The notes: generated by a model not told the origin, from the letters alone. Positions 8,550 to 18,815 are shown, numbered from the stretch's first letter. The stretch: DNA of 36,911 nucleotides from an uncultured Aquificales bacterium (GCA_964411615.1 CAYPLO010000003.1:30921-67831), one strand, 5' to 3'. Made by a program: numbers and translations.

Positions 8550-9103
8550 TTCAGATACGGCAGCATCCTCTTGAACTCTTCCGTTCCAGCCCTCTCAAGC
8601 AACTGGAATATAACGGTCTCTGTTGGTACAACCTCTACGCCTCTTGCCGTCAGATACCTCAGAATCTGCTTATAGTTAGACTTCTTCCTGGAGCCTGTGG
8701 CATCGGATGCAAGAATTACCCTGTATCCCATCTCCTTCAGGTCCATGGCCGTCTGATAAACACATATGTGGGCCTCTATGCCGCAGAGGACCACATCCCT
8801 TCTGCCTTCCTTTCCGTAATCCGACAGCACCGTGGAGAACCCAGGCTCCTTAGCACAGGAGAAGGTGACCTTCTCTACCCTATGCTTTGGAGCCCCTATC
8901 TCCTCAAAGACCTGGGCGACCTCATCCACCGTCCTGCCAAGTCCCTTTGGGTACTGCTCCGTGAGGATAACGGGTATCTCCATAACATCGGCGAGTCTCA
9001 AAAGCTTCACAGAATTCTCCACCACATTCTCTTTGTTGTGTATGGCAGGCAGAAGCTTCTCCTGTATATCAACCACCACAAGTACCACCGACTCACGCCT
9101 CAT
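8546..9103 (-). CDS. Isochorismatase-family (YcaC-like) cysteine hydrolase
   Basis: Motifs VVDIQEKL, TEQYPKGLG, EKVTFS and GIEAHICVYQT. Confidence 0.88.
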   Translation of the reverse strand: MRRESVVLVVVDIQEKLLPAIHNKENVVENSVKLLRLADVMEIPVILTEQYPKGLGRTVDEVAQVFEEIGAPKHRVEKVTFSCAKEPGFSTVLSDYGKEGRRDVVLCGIEAHICVYQTAMDLKEMGYRVILASDATGSRKKSNYKQILRYLTARGVEVVPTETVIFQLLERAGTEEFKRMLPYLK

Positions 9104-9114
9104 CCCACCACCTC

Positions 9115-9948
9115 CTAAGGCACCACCATAACGGGCATCTTGGCCTTCTCTATTATTCTGTGGGAGGCGCTTCCTATTATCATCTCCTCAATGGCGTCCT
9201 TTCCTGTGGTTCCCACCACCACCAAGGTGGCATCTATGGCCTCTGAGAACTTTATCACCTCCTTTGAAGGGGTCCCTTTCAGCAGGTGTGAGGATACCTT
9301 AATACCGGCAGCCTTCAGCTCCCCCTCAAACCGCTCCAGTATGGGCTTGTAGTAGCTGTCCTCCTCCTTCCTTCCAGTATTGGTCACCGACACCAAAGAG
9401 ACCTCTTCCAAAACCGGAGCAAGCTCTTTAATGAAACTCAGAGCCCTCAAACACGGCTTTGAGCCATCGGTGGCGAAGACAACCCTACAGAATATACATC
9501 TGTCCCCCTGCACCACATCGCTCTCGTACTTTGCAAGTATCACCGGCTTTTTGGCGTGAGCCAGTATATTTAGGGTTGTGGAACCCATAAAGAGCTTTCT
9601 GAGAAGCCCAGAGGTGGGCTTTCCCATGGCGGTCAAATCCACCCTGCCCTCAGCGTCCAGCACCTCATACTCCGGAATCCCCACAACCACCTGGCTCTTC
9701 ACATCCACCTCAGCCTCTTCCCTGAGCTCCTCCTCCCACTTGGACAGTATGGCCTCTGCCTCAGACCTCAGCTTGCCCTCAAGCTCCTTAAGGTACCCGG
9801 CGTAGTCAAAGGAGACCTTCTCCTTCTCTATAACGTGAAGCAGCAGAACCTCCCTCAAACCGACCTCTTTTAGAACAAGAAGCTTCTTCAGAAACTGAAG
9901 AGCTCCCGGCCTGAATTTGGTGGGAAAGAGCAGTCTTTCAACGGGCAT
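9115..9948 (-). CDS. Tandem-domain universal stress protein
   Basis: Two Usp repeats: LLFPTKF...MG...GSTT...KPV and VFATDGS...VVGTTG...GSAS...MPVMVV. Confidence 0.85.
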   Translation of the reverse strand: MPVERLLFPTKFRPGALQFLKKLLVLKEVGLREVLLLHVIEKEKVSFDYAGYLKELEGKLRSEAEAILSKWEEELREEAEVDVKSQVVVGIPEYEVLDAEGRVDLTAMGKPTSGLLRKLFMGSTTLNILAHAKKPVILAKYESDVVQGDRCIFCRVVFATDGSKPCLRALSFIKELAPVLEEVSLVSVTNTGRKEEDSYYKPILERFEGELKAAGIKVSSHLLKGTPSKEVIKFSEAIDATLVVVGTTGKDAIEEMIIGSASHRIIEKAKMPVMVVP

Positions 9949-11014
9949 TATCCCCTCCCATCTCTTTTATTGTTCTGATAAGCTCCGATACTGCATCCTC
10001 GTTCTTCACTTTTTTTAAAATCTTACCCCTTTTGAAGATTAAAGAAAAGTCCCTCCCTCCAGCTATGCCACAGTGGGCCTCCTTGGCCTCCCCCGGACCG
10101 TTCACCTCACATCCCATAACCGCCACCTTCATGTAACCCTTAACGCCTGAAAGGGCAGAGGCCACCTCCCTGGCAAGTGCCTCAACGTCTATCCTCCTGC
10201 GGCTGCAGGTGGGACAAGAAATCACCTCAGGGAACAGTCTTCTGACCCCCGAAGCCTGAAGTATCTGGAACCCTACCCTCACCTCCTCCACCGGGCTCCC
10301 CGTAAGGGAGACCCTGATGGTATCTCCTATTCCCATAAGGAGAAGGGAACCTATACCCACAGCAGACTTTATAACCCCGTAGGTCCCGAATCCCGCCTCA
10401 GTTACGCCGAGATGGGTAGGGGCCTCGCTGGAAGAAGAGAAGATGGTATAGGCCCTGAAAGTTGTGGGAACATCCGAGGATTTTATGGAGACCTTGAAGT
10501 TGAGAAACCCCATATCCTCAAGGAATCTTGCCCAGTAGAGGGCGCTTTCGGCCAAGGCCTCAGCGGTGGGACCACCATGCTTCTCCCTCAAGCGCTTCTC
10601 AAGGGACCCGGCGTTAACGCCTATCCTGATGGCAGCCCCTGCATCCCGCGCAGCCTTCACCACCTCCCTGACCTTCTCCGCTCCCCCTATGTTTCCCGGA
10701 TTTATCCGAACACATGCAGCTCCGGCCTCAAGGGATGCTATGGCCAGCCTGTAGTTGAAGTGTACATCCGCCACCAGAGGAACCCTGGACTCCCTCACGT
10801 ACAGGGCAAAGGGCTCTACGGCATCCTCATCGGGAACGGCAACCCTTATTATCTCACAACCCGCATCCTCCAGCTCCCTTATCTGTTTCAGGGTTGCCTT
10901 GATATCATGGGTATCGGTCTTGGTCATAGACTGGACGGAGACGGGAGCGTCCCCACCAACAAAGAGGCTTCCCACCCTTATCTTACGGGTTCTCCTGCAA
11001 AAGTTCCCTGACAC
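9938..11014 (-). CDS. ispG: (E)-4-hydroxy-3-methylbut-2-enyl-diphosphate synthase
   Basis: Motifs VQSMT, ADVHF, RINPGNIG, RIGVNAGSL, HLGVTEAG, GDTIRVSL, SCPTC and MGCEVNGPGE. Confidence 0.95.
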   Translation of the reverse strand: MSGNFCRRTRKIRVGSLFVGGDAPVSVQSMTKTDTHDIKATLKQIRELEDAGCEIIRVAVPDEDAVEPFALYVRESRVPLVADVHFNYRLAIASLEAGAACVRINPGNIGGAEKVREVVKAARDAGAAIRIGVNAGSLEKRLREKHGGPTAEALAESALYWARFLEDMGFLNFKVSIKSSDVPTTFRAYTIFSSSSEAPTHLGVTEAGFGTYGVIKSAVGIGSLLLMGIGDTIRVSLTGSPVEEVRVGFQILQASGVRRLFPEVISCPTCSRRRIDVEALAREVASALSGVKGYMKVAVMGCEVNGPGEAKEAHCGIAGGRDFSLIFKRGKILKKVKNEDAVSELIRTIKEMGGDNAR

Positions 11015-14000
11015 TGTAAAGCTCCCTCAGTATATCCATGTAGTCTCTCTTTCTCTCCTCCACCTGGTCCATATACTCCTCAAGGTGGCGGGTAAACTCC
11101 TCAGAAGTGTAAGGATGAAAGTTCTTCAGATAGTTAAACACCTTCACTCCCAGAGGCGTGGACCTCAAAAAGCCTCGCTTTCTAACAACGTATCCCCTGT
11201 TTATTATGGTCTGCACTATCTTTGCGTAGGTTGAAGGCCTTCCAAGCCCCCTTCTCTTCATCTCGTCCACCAGGGTACCTTCGGTGAAGGGTCTCTGCCT
11301 GGGAACGAACCTGAGCGTCACCTTCGACACCCGGGGATGGTCAATTGAGTAAACTTTCACTGGTCTTATAAGGGTAAAACCGGGCTCCTTAACACCAACA
11401 ACCACCTCCTCTTCCTTGAGCACCTCACCATCAAGAAGGACCGACACCTTCCTCTTTACCACTTCAGCATCCGCCATCTGGGAGGCCATGAACCTGTTGA
11501 ATATCAGCCTGTAGAGCCTCAGGGCCCTCTCGTCCAGCTCAAGCTCACCTGCGTGTTTCATAACCCTAAGCTGCTCTGGGGGAATGGCCCTTGTGGGCCT
11601 TATGCACTCATGGGCTCCCCCCTCACCCCATTTCCTGGGTCTAAAAAGCCCGGGATACCTCTCCTCTATAAAGTCCTTGGCCACCCTGATGCCCGCCGAA
11701 GATACCCTCGTGGAGTCGGTCCTGTGGTAGGTTATGTACCCCCCCTCAAAGAGCTCCTGGGCGAACCTCATGGCATCCTCGGCAGAAAGGCCAAGGAAAG
11801 AGGATGCCTCCTTAAGCATATCACTGGTGGTGTATGGAGGCGAGGGGGATAAGGCATCCTCAAAGGGTTCGGAGAGCTCAACCTCCAAACTATCGGCCCT
11901 TGAGTATATCTCTTTGGCGCGTTCAGGTTCTGCCTCAACCCTTATAGTGTAGCCCGACACATGTATCTCAACCAGCCCCATCCTCTTTCTGGTCTCGGCA
12001 TCCCTCTCTATAACCCATCCGAGAACCGGCGTCTGCACCCTTCCAGCCGACAGATTGCGATTGTTGAAGTGCCTCTGGAGCCTCTGGGATAGGGTAAAGC
12101 CCACCCACCTGTCCGCCACCCTGCGAACTATCTGGGCCTTGACCCTGTCCATATCAACGCCCCTCCTGTTCACAAGGGCCTCTCTGAAGGCGTGAGGGGT
12201 GACTTCGTGAAACTCTATCCTCTTTATGTTTTCGTTGAAGGGTCTAAGGGCCAGATACAGGTCCCAGGCTATCTTCTCGCCCTCAGCGTCCGGGTCTGTT
12301 GCTATGTAGACTTCATCCACCTCAAAGGCCAGCCTCCTCAGCCCCTCCAGCAGCTCCATCTTATCGCTCTCCACCTCGCCTCCACATCTGACACAGCTGT
12401 TATCCACAATCTGGTTGCCACAGGGACACCGCTTTATGGTTGAGTAGACAGGCTTGAAAGCGCCAGACTCCTCCAGAACACCGAAGAATCCAGGTTTCGT
12501 GGTGAGGTCAACCACATGGCCCACAGAGGCGGTGACCAGAAGGTAAAGATTCCCCACCCCTATCTCGTAACACATCACATTGCCCAGCCACCTGCGCTGG
12601 GGCCTCCCGAAAAAGCTGGAGATGGTTCTGGCCTTGTTTGGGGACTCAACCACCACAAGGGCACTCCTGAAGAGCTCTTTCCTCTCTCTAACCTCCAGGC
12701 TTCTGCTCCTCTCAAGCTCCTCCAGTATGCCCTCAAGGTCCACCTCCTCAAGGGGCTTGAAGACCGTCTCAGAAGGCAGAAGATACCTCACCCTGGCAGC
12801 AAGGCTCATAAAGGCCTTTTTGTCGGTGGCAATGACAACAGATAGGCCCTTGGTTATTCCACCAGGGATGAGCCTTGAGGTCCTGCCGGAGGCCTGTATG
12901 TAGCTTGTGGCATCACCCACCACCAGAAAGAGCTCCCCGTCAACCTCCTCCAGGTAGACCTTATCGCTTGAGGACAACCGACTTCTGACCTCTCCATCCG
13001 ATAAGAGCTCCTCCAAATAGCGGCATATCTCCTGCACCTTGCGCTTCACAGGGGGGTACCTCTCCAGAAGCTCAGCCTTTAAGGTTGAGTATTTCCTCAG
13101 ATAGGACAGATACTCAACAAGCCTCTCGTCTTCCAGAGCCTGAAGGAGGAGTCTGACAAGCTGAAAGAGCCTCTGGGGGTCTGGCTCAGGCCTTAAGGGT
13201 ATGAGAAAGCGAGGCACCCCGAGAAACAGTGCGGCTCTGACGGCATAGGGCATATCCACCCCCCTCACAAGGGCATTGTTGGAGATGGATATGCCAACAG
13301 CCACAGGTACCTCTCCCCTTTCGAACCGCTCGGCCTCCTCCATAAACCGGTAGTAGGGAACGGCCTCCACCCCATGGGATTTCAGAAAGCCGACAAACTC
13401 ATCCACCCCTTCCCTACCCCTGTCTGGGCTGACAAAGACAAAGACGCCTCTGCCAAGAACCCTGATAAGCTCCAAGGCCCTGTTGCAGGCATCCTCCCAG
13501 GAGGACGCAAAGGTGTAGAGGTCCTCAACCTCCCTCAGAACAGAGACGGACCTCTGAATGTCAAAACCCAAGAGCCTTCTGAAGAGGCTCACCCTCCTGG
13601 TCTTGGGCTTCAGCGTGGCAGATGAGACCACAAGGACGCCCTTTATATTTGCCCTTATACCCTCTATCTCCTCTGGAGCCACCTGGGGCTCCATGGCCCT
13701 GTCTATCTCCTCCTGTTTAAGCCCCAGTAGCCTGAACACATGGTCTATGTTCCTGGGGTTCTTCAAAAGGGAGTCCACATCGTCCACAAAGATGAAGCCA
13801 AAATCATCAGGCAGAATATCCAGGTTCTTACGGAGGAAAGCGGCAGTTGTCACAAGTATGCGAAACTTACCGTCCTTTATGGCCTCCTTTTCCCTCCTCT
13901 TTCCCGTGTAGGCAACAACCTCATCCCCAACAACACCGTGTATCCTGGTGTACACCTGCTCAACCAAAAGTTTGGTGGGCAGTATTATATAACTTCTGAC

Positions 14001-14354
14001 GGGCAGGAAGGAGGCCATCACCACACCGAAGGTGGTCTTACCTATACCTGTAGGAGCCTGTATGGCGAAGGAACGCCCCAGAAAGACCCTTTTGGCCCAG
14101 GCCACCTGAAGAGACCATGGACTATCACCCACAACATCCCGAAAGAAGCTACAGAACTCATCCACAAGACCCCGGGCTCTGCAGATATCCTCCATCCCTA
14201 AAAGCCTATTTCTGTCCTTTAGGCAGTTGCACAGGTCCTGGGTATGCTCAGGACAGCAGTCTATACAGGTAAGTCCCTCCTCCAACCGCGAGTCGTCCAC
14301 TATACCCCTGCAGTTGGGGCAGTAGTTGTCAAAGTATGCTATCGAGTCTCTCAA
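10983..14354 (-). CDS. rgy: Reverse gyrase
   Basis: N-terminal Zn finger CPNC...CIDC, SF2-like APTGIGKT and DDVD, YIQASGRTSR, then a topoisomerase IA part (VVESPNKA, second Zn finger, ATDPDAEGE, ITYHRTDS, GLGRPSTY). The TTG start at 14354 has GGAGG 8 nt upstream; the ORF track gives 14369. Confidence 0.95.
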   Translation of the reverse strand: MRDSIAYFDNYCPNCRGIVDDSRLEEGLTCIDCCPEHTQDLCNCLKDRNRLLGMEDICRARGLVDEFCSFFRDVVGDSPWSLQVAWAKRVFLGRSFAIQAPTGIGKTTFGVVMASFLPVRSYIILPTKLLVEQVYTRIHGVVGDEVVAYTGKRREKEAIKDGKFRILVTTAAFLRKNLDILPDDFGFIFVDDVDSLLKNPRNIDHVFRLLGLKQEEIDRAMEPQVAPEEIEGIRANIKGVLVVSSATLKPKTRRVSLFRRLLGFDIQRSVSVLREVEDLYTFASSWEDACNRALELIRVLGRGVFVFVSPDRGREGVDEFVGFLKSHGVEAVPYYRFMEEAERFERGEVPVAVGISISNNALVRGVDMPYAVRAALFLGVPRFLIPLRPEPDPQRLFQLVRLLLQALEDERLVEYLSYLRKYSTLKAELLERYPPVKRKVQEICRYLEELLSDGEVRSRLSSSDKVYLEEVDGELFLVVGDATSYIQASGRTSRLIPGGITKGLSVVIATDKKAFMSLAARVRYLLPSETVFKPLEEVDLEGILEELERSRSLEVRERKELFRSALVVVESPNKARTISSFFGRPQRRWLGNVMCYEIGVGNLYLLVTASVGHVVDLTTKPGFFGVLEESGAFKPVYSTIKRCPCGNQIVDNSCVRCGGEVESDKMELLEGLRRLAFEVDEVYIATDPDAEGEKIAWDLYLALRPFNENIKRIEFHEVTPHAFREALVNRRGVDMDRVKAQIVRRVADRWVGFTLSQRLQRHFNNRNLSAGRVQTPVLGWVIERDAETRKRMGLVEIHVSGYTIRVEAEPERAKEIYSRADSLEVELSEPFEDALSPSPPYTTSDMLKEASSFLGLSAEDAMRFAQELFEGGYITYHRTDSTRVSSAGIRVAKDFIEERYPGLFRPRKWGEGGAHECIRPTRAIPPEQLRVMKHAGELELDERALRLYRLIFNRFMASQMADAEVVKRKVSVLLDGEVLKEEEVVVGVKEPGFTLIRPVKVYSIDHPRVSKVTLRFVPRQRPFTEGTLVDEMKRRGLGRPSTYAKIVQTIINRGYVVRKRGFLRSTPLGVKVFNYLKNFHPYTSEEFTRHLEEYMDQVEERKRDYMDILRELYSVRELLQENP

Positions 14355-14976
14355 GAGGACATCCTCCACATAAAGGCCTTCTCTTGCAGAAACTTTTACC
14401 TACGACAACTATAAGTGCGTGATACTCTTTAAATAACTCAACATCATGGGGGAGATTCTCCATGAATAGCGCCTGAAGTTCGTTGTAGTCAATATCCTCA
14501 TCCACAATGCCGTGCCTTGTGAAGATGCGGTAAGTGTAGGCATCCACAACGAAGACCGGTCTGTTCAGTGCGTAAAGCAGTATGGAGTCTGCCGTTTCGG
14601 GGCCTATACCCTTTATGGAGAGCAGCTCTTCCCTGAGGGTATCTGTATCTATCAGGCTGAGGGAACCGATTCCCCCCTTTTCAACAAGCCACTGGGAGAA
14701 GTCCTTGAGCCTTCGTGCCTTCTGCTTGTAAAAGCCAGAAGGCCTAACCAGCTCCTCAAGCCTGTCAAGGGGCATGGAGGCTATAGCCTCAGGTGAAAGG
14801 GCCTTGGACTTCTTGAGGTTCTTTATGGCCTTCTCCACATTCTTCCAGTTGGTGTTCTGGGTGAGTATGGCCCCCACACATACCTCAAAAGGGGTATCGG
14901 CGGGCCACCAGTTCTGGCGGCCCAGCCTCTCCAGCATCCTGTTGTATATGTCAAGAAGCAGCTCCCTGCGGTACAT
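14329..14976 (-). CDS. Endonuclease III-related HhH-GPD DNA glycosylase (COG2231-like)
   Basis: Motifs GAILTQNTNWKNVEKA, RPSGFYKQKA, HhH LLSIKGIGPETADSILLY and VVDAY, with a C-terminal Cys cluster. Confidence 0.88.
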   Translation of the reverse strand: MYRRELLLDIYNRMLERLGRQNWWPADTPFEVCVGAILTQNTNWKNVEKAIKNLKKSKALSPEAIASMPLDRLEELVRPSGFYKQKARRLKDFSQWLVEKGGIGSLSLIDTDTLREELLSIKGIGPETADSILLYALNRPVFVVDAYTYRIFTRHGIVDEDIDYNELQALFMENLPHDVELFKEYHALIVVVGKSFCKRRPLCGGCPLERLDSIL

Positions 14977-16124
14977 TAAAGGGCGAGCTCCAGTATGGCC
15001 TTTATCCTGTCAACGGTGTAGTAATCCGCCATACCCCAGGCCCTTGAAAGCATAAAGGCGTTCTCGGCAATGTCGGCAATCTCAGAGGATGAGACCCCAA
15101 TCTGGGAAAGCCTCACAGGACACCCAAGGCCCTCAAGCCACCTCTCAAAGGCCTCTATCCCTTCATCTATCCCCTCAACACCGAAAACCCCCCTGGCAAA
15201 ACATTTCAGATGCTCCTCCCGCTCTTTTTTCATGTACCTCATCCAGGCGGGGGTGACTATGGCCAGACCGGCACCGTGGGCTATGTCGTATATGGCACTC
15301 AGAGAATGCTCTATCATATGGGCGGGTAATGCCAGTTCCCCAGCCCCGCACCAGGTTATACCGCATAGGGCAAGGGAAGAGGCCCACATGAGCTCAGCCC
15401 TGGCATCGTAGTTGCTGGGCTCATCAATGGCTACAGGGGCCCATTTGACTATGGTCTTCATTATGCTCTCCATAATCATCCTGGGAAGGTCTGCATCTAT
15501 GCGGGAGGCGTTGCAGTAGACCTCGGAGACATGGGTGAAGGCATCCACCGCTCCGTAAGCCGTCTGGTCCTTAGGTACGGTAAAGGTGTAGGTGGGGTCC
15601 AGGAAGGAGGCTTTGGGATAGAGGGGCTCTGCCCTGAAACCGAACTTGGCCTTCTTCTCCTCGTTGGTTATAACAAGCCCCGCGTTCATCTCAGAACCGG
15701 TTCCGCTTATGGTGAGGACCGTAACTATGGGAAGGGCCTTCTTCACCTGCTCTTTAAACTCAAAGAAGTCCCACACATCGCACTGGGCCAGGGCTCCTGC
15801 GGCTATGGCCTTGGCCTCATCTATGACACTGCCACCCCCTACAGCAAGAACGACCTCAACCTTCTCCCTTTTGGCCTTCTCAACCCCCTCCCTGGTGTGA
15901 GAGAGGACCGGGTTGGGCTTCACTCCCCCATGCTCCACCACCTCAAGGCCCGCTTCTCTAAGCTGCTCAATAACCTGGTCGTAAAGCCCCGTCCTCTTTA
16001 TGCTCCCTTTACCGTAGACGAAGAGAACCTTCTTCCCGTATCTGGCCACCTCCTTGGCCAGTCCCTTTATAACTCCCCTGCCGAAGATTATCTTGACCGG
16101 ATTGTGATACCTGAAATCCTGCAT
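14976..16124 (-). CDS. Iron-containing alcohol dehydrogenase (butanol dehydrogenase/YqhD-like)
   Basis: Motifs NPVKIIFG, GVKPNP, AVGGGSVID, GTGSEMN, DAFTH and HMIEHSLS...HGAGL. Confidence 0.9.
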   Translation of the reverse strand: MQDFRYHNPVKIIFGRGVIKGLAKEVARYGKKVLFVYGKGSIKRTGLYDQVIEQLREAGLEVVEHGGVKPNPVLSHTREGVEKAKREKVEVVLAVGGGSVIDEAKAIAAGALAQCDVWDFFEFKEQVKKALPIVTVLTISGTGSEMNAGLVITNEEKKAKFGFRAEPLYPKASFLDPTYTFTVPKDQTAYGAVDAFTHVSEVYCNASRIDADLPRMIMESIMKTIVKWAPVAIDEPSNYDARAELMWASSLALCGITWCGAGELALPAHMIEHSLSAIYDIAHGAGLAIVTPAWMRYMKKEREEHLKCFARGVFGVEGIDEGIEAFERWLEGLGCPVRLSQIGVSSSEIADIAENAFMLSRAWGMADYYTVDRIKAILELAL

Positions 16125-16136
16125 AGCTCACCTCCC

Positions 16137-17099
16137 CTACCCCTTTATCCTTAAAAGAGCAGCCTCGGCCTGATTTATAAGATACTTTAGAAACCTCTCC
16201 CCCTCATCAGGGGATACATCTTTCACAAGGGACTTTACGAATCTATCTATCTTAGAGTAAGGGTCTTTCTTTGGTCTGGACCTCTTCACCGTCCTTTCAA
16301 GTCTCCTCCTGCTCAGCCCCTTCTCCTCTACTTCTTCCAGCAACTTCAGAAACCCTTCATCCCACTCCTCCGGCTTTCTGTCGGCTATTAGGACCCTCAG
16401 GTGGGTGGCGGTTATGTTCTTCGCTTCATAGAGAAACTCCCTGCACCTTTGAGGAAGCTGAGCTATGAGCACGTGAAGGAGAACCGATGTGGGGGGAAGC
16501 CCCACAACCTCCGAGCATCTTTTGGCAACCTCCCTGTAGAGCTCAAGGGGCCCTTTTATCCTATCGTGCTTACCACCGTTCATGTAGTAGAAGGTGAGCC
16601 ATAGCCTCTCCACGCTGGGGGCATCGGTTCCCCCCATGGCCCTCCACAGGTATAGAAAGTAATCCCAGATTCCCTCCGCCTTCTCCACAAGGCTCAGGTC
16701 CTTCCTCTGAACATTCTCAATGAGCTGTATCAGCCTTATCCTCTGCTGGTCCTTCTCAGAGATGACTATGGCAGGGACAGAGGCCCATCCCAGCCTCTTC
16801 ACCGCCCTGAGCCTCCTCTCACCTGCCACAAGCACATAGGAGCCACCCTCCCTCACCACAACCACAGGCTGTATAAGCCCGTGCTCCTCTATGCTGGCGG
16901 CAAGGGAGGCTATCTCCTCCTCGTTAAAGTCCCTCCTTATCTGGGGCCTCACCTCTATGTCGGAGACCCTCACCATCTCAACCCTGGGAACGGAGCCCTC
17001 CAGAAGGGAATCCCCCAGTATTGAGGTTATGCGGGACACCCCTGAACCCTTAGTCACAGCACCGTTCATCTCCTTAATGAGCTTCTCCACCTCTCCCAT
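16137..17099 (-). CDS. parB: ParB-family (CTP-binding domain) partition protein with a divergent C-terminal half
   Basis: Motifs LAASIEEHGLIQPVVV, LVAGERRLRA and ENVQRKDL; GGAG RBS; follows parA by 2 nt. Confidence 0.8.
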   Translation of the reverse strand: MGEVEKLIKEMNGAVTKGSGVSRITSILGDSLLEGSVPRVEMVRVSDIEVRPQIRRDFNEEEIASLAASIEEHGLIQPVVVVREGGSYVLVAGERRLRAVKRLGWASVPAIVISEKDQQRIRLIQLIENVQRKDLSLVEKAEGIWDYFLYLWRAMGGTDAPSVERLWLTFYYMNGGKHDRIKGPLELYREVAKRCSEVVGLPPTSVLLHVLIAQLPQRCREFLYEAKNITATHLRVLIADRKPEEWDEGFLKLLEEVEEKGLSRRRLERTVKRSRPKKDPYSKIDRFVKSLVKDVSPDEGERFLKYLINQAEAALLRIKG

Positions 17100-17101
17100 A
17101 G

Positions 17102-17920
17102 CTACTCCCCTGTCAACCGCCTTGCCAGCTCCTCCATGGCCTTCACAACCCCCAGCCTGTAGCTGGAGCCCGATGTGTTGAAGGCCAGCATCCCGTCCCT
17201 CACCATTCTGGGCACCTCTACAGTCTCTTTAACGGGCACCTCCGACACGAACCTACCGTACTTCTCGCCCATGGCCTCAAGGTAGAAGGTGCAGGCCTTG
17301 GTGTTCTTGACCCTGTTGGGCTGTATGACCACCTGAGAATACCCTTCCCCCCTTCTTCTCACAACATCCTCCACCACCTTAAGTAGAAGCTCAACCCCCA
17401 CAAGCCCGAACTTACTGGCCTCGGCGGGAATAACTATGGCGTTTGCACCGTAAAGGGCCGAATACGAAAGGGCTGACAGATAGGGGGGACAGTCCATAAC
17501 CACCAAGTCAAAGGTGTCCTCAAAGGCCCCAACAACATCCCTCACAAAGATGGGAACCGCATGGTTGCTCACAAGGTGGAGGTCGTACCTGTGGGCCTCC
17601 AAAAAGTTGGGGATGAGATGAATCTGCCTGCCTTTAACAGGCTCCAGCACTTCCACGTTCTCCCTGACCATGGCCTTAAGCTGTTCAGAGGAGAGACCCG
17701 GTGTGAGAAAACCCTCTATTATGTGAGGCATACCCTTTTTGAGCCTCCCCTCATCATCAAAGACCCTGCTTTCAGCCATGGCCACAGTGGCGTTGCCTTG
17801 TGGGTCCATATCCATAAAGAGCACCCTCTTGCCCCTATTCGCCATGTAGTAGGAAAAAAGAACCGATAGAGTGGTCTTCCCTGTGCCCCCCTTCATGCTG
17901 ATGAAGCAGACCCTAAGCAT
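17102..17920 (-). CDS. parA: ParA/Soj-family ATPase
   Basis: Deviant Walker A KGGTGKTT, DMDPQGNAT and DCPP. Start reassigned to ATG 17920 (MLRVCF...) with AAGGGGG upstream. Confidence 0.85.
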   Translation of the reverse strand: MLRVCFISMKGGTGKTTLSVLFSYYMANRGKRVLFMDMDPQGNATVAMAESRVFDDEGRLKKGMPHIIEGFLTPGLSSEQLKAMVRENVEVLEPVKGRQIHLIPNFLEAHRYDLHLVSNHAVPIFVRDVVGAFEDTFDLVVMDCPPYLSALSYSALYGANAIVIPAEASKFGLVGVELLLKVVEDVVRRRGEGYSQVVIQPNRVKNTKACTFYLEAMGEKYGRFVSEVPVKETVEVPRMVRDGMLAFNTSGSSYRLGVVKAMEELARRLTGE

Positions 17921-17973
17921 AAGCCGTAAATCCCCCTTTATATTTGGCCAAACAGGTGGTATCACAAACCACC

Positions 17974-18555
17974 ATGGAGGACCTCAAGGATGCCATCAGC
18001 AGGCTCCTTAAAGAACCCAGCAAAGTGAAGCCTTTAGCCACCAACCGTATCCCCTCAGCAGTGGTGATACCCTTTTGTGAAAGGGAAGACGGCTACCACA
18101 TCCTGCTTCTAAAGAAGGTTGATAGCAATTATCCCCACGGCGGGCAAGTGTGCCTGCCCGGTGGATGCCATGAGGAGAGGGACGGCTCTCTACTTACAAC
18201 AGCCCTCAGGGAGTTTGAGGAGGAGACGGGCATTCCAAGCAGGCATGTTGAGATAGCAGGGGCCTTGGAGCCGGTTGAGACGAGAAGCACAAACTTCATC
18301 ATATATCCCTTTGTGGGGTTCCTCCCCTACCCCGAATCGGTGAAGATAGATGGGGTAGAGATAGAGAAGGCCTTCTTCGTCCCCCTCCATTTTGTGCTGA
18401 AGAACCACCCCTTCCCTACAGAAGCCTACCCTTACAGGGGCATCACCTTTCACACACCCATCATCAGATACCAGGGGGAAACCATCTGGGGGGCAACGGC
18501 AAGGATACTGGACAGACTTATGGAGGTGATTAAAAGGGCATGGACTGGAAGGTGA
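17974..18555 (+). CDS. Nudix hydrolase, CoA pyrophosphatase (NudL-like)
   Basis: HGGQVCLPGG followed by the Nudix box ALREFEEETG and IWGATA. ATG 17974 preferred over TTG 17944. Confidence 0.85.
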   Translation: MEDLKDAISRLLKEPSKVKPLATNRIPSAVVIPFCEREDGYHILLLKKVDSNYPHGGQVCLPGGCHEERDGSLLTTALREFEEETGIPSRHVEIAGALEPVETRSTNFIIYPFVGFLPYPESVKIDGVEIEKAFFVPLHFVLKNHPFPTEAYPYRGITFHTPIIRYQGETIWGATARILDRLMEVIKRAWTGR

Positions 18556-18815
18556 TGGCAACAACCTTCATAGCGGTCTTTCTGGCAGAACTGGGGGACA
18601 AGACCCAGATGGCTGTCCTTGCAGAGGCATCAAGCACCAGCAGGTTCTGGGAGGTTTTCATAGGGGCATCTGTAGCGCTGGTGCTGTCCACCCTCCTCGC
18701 AGCAATCTTGGGCAGCTACATGGGGACCCGGTTCCCCCAAAGATTCATAAGAGTGGCCGCAGGACTGGTATTCATAGCATTAGGAGCCTTTATGCTCCTT
18801 AAAAAGGCCCCATAG
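18540..18815 (+). CDS. Single-repeat TMEM165/GDT1 (UPF0016) membrane protein
   Basis: Signature FLAELGDKTQ with three hydrophobic segments. Confidence 0.88.
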   Translation: MDWKVMATTFIAVFLAELGDKTQMAVLAEASSTSRFWEVFIGASVALVLSTLLAAILGSYMGTRFPQRFIRVAAGLVFIALGAFMLLKKAP

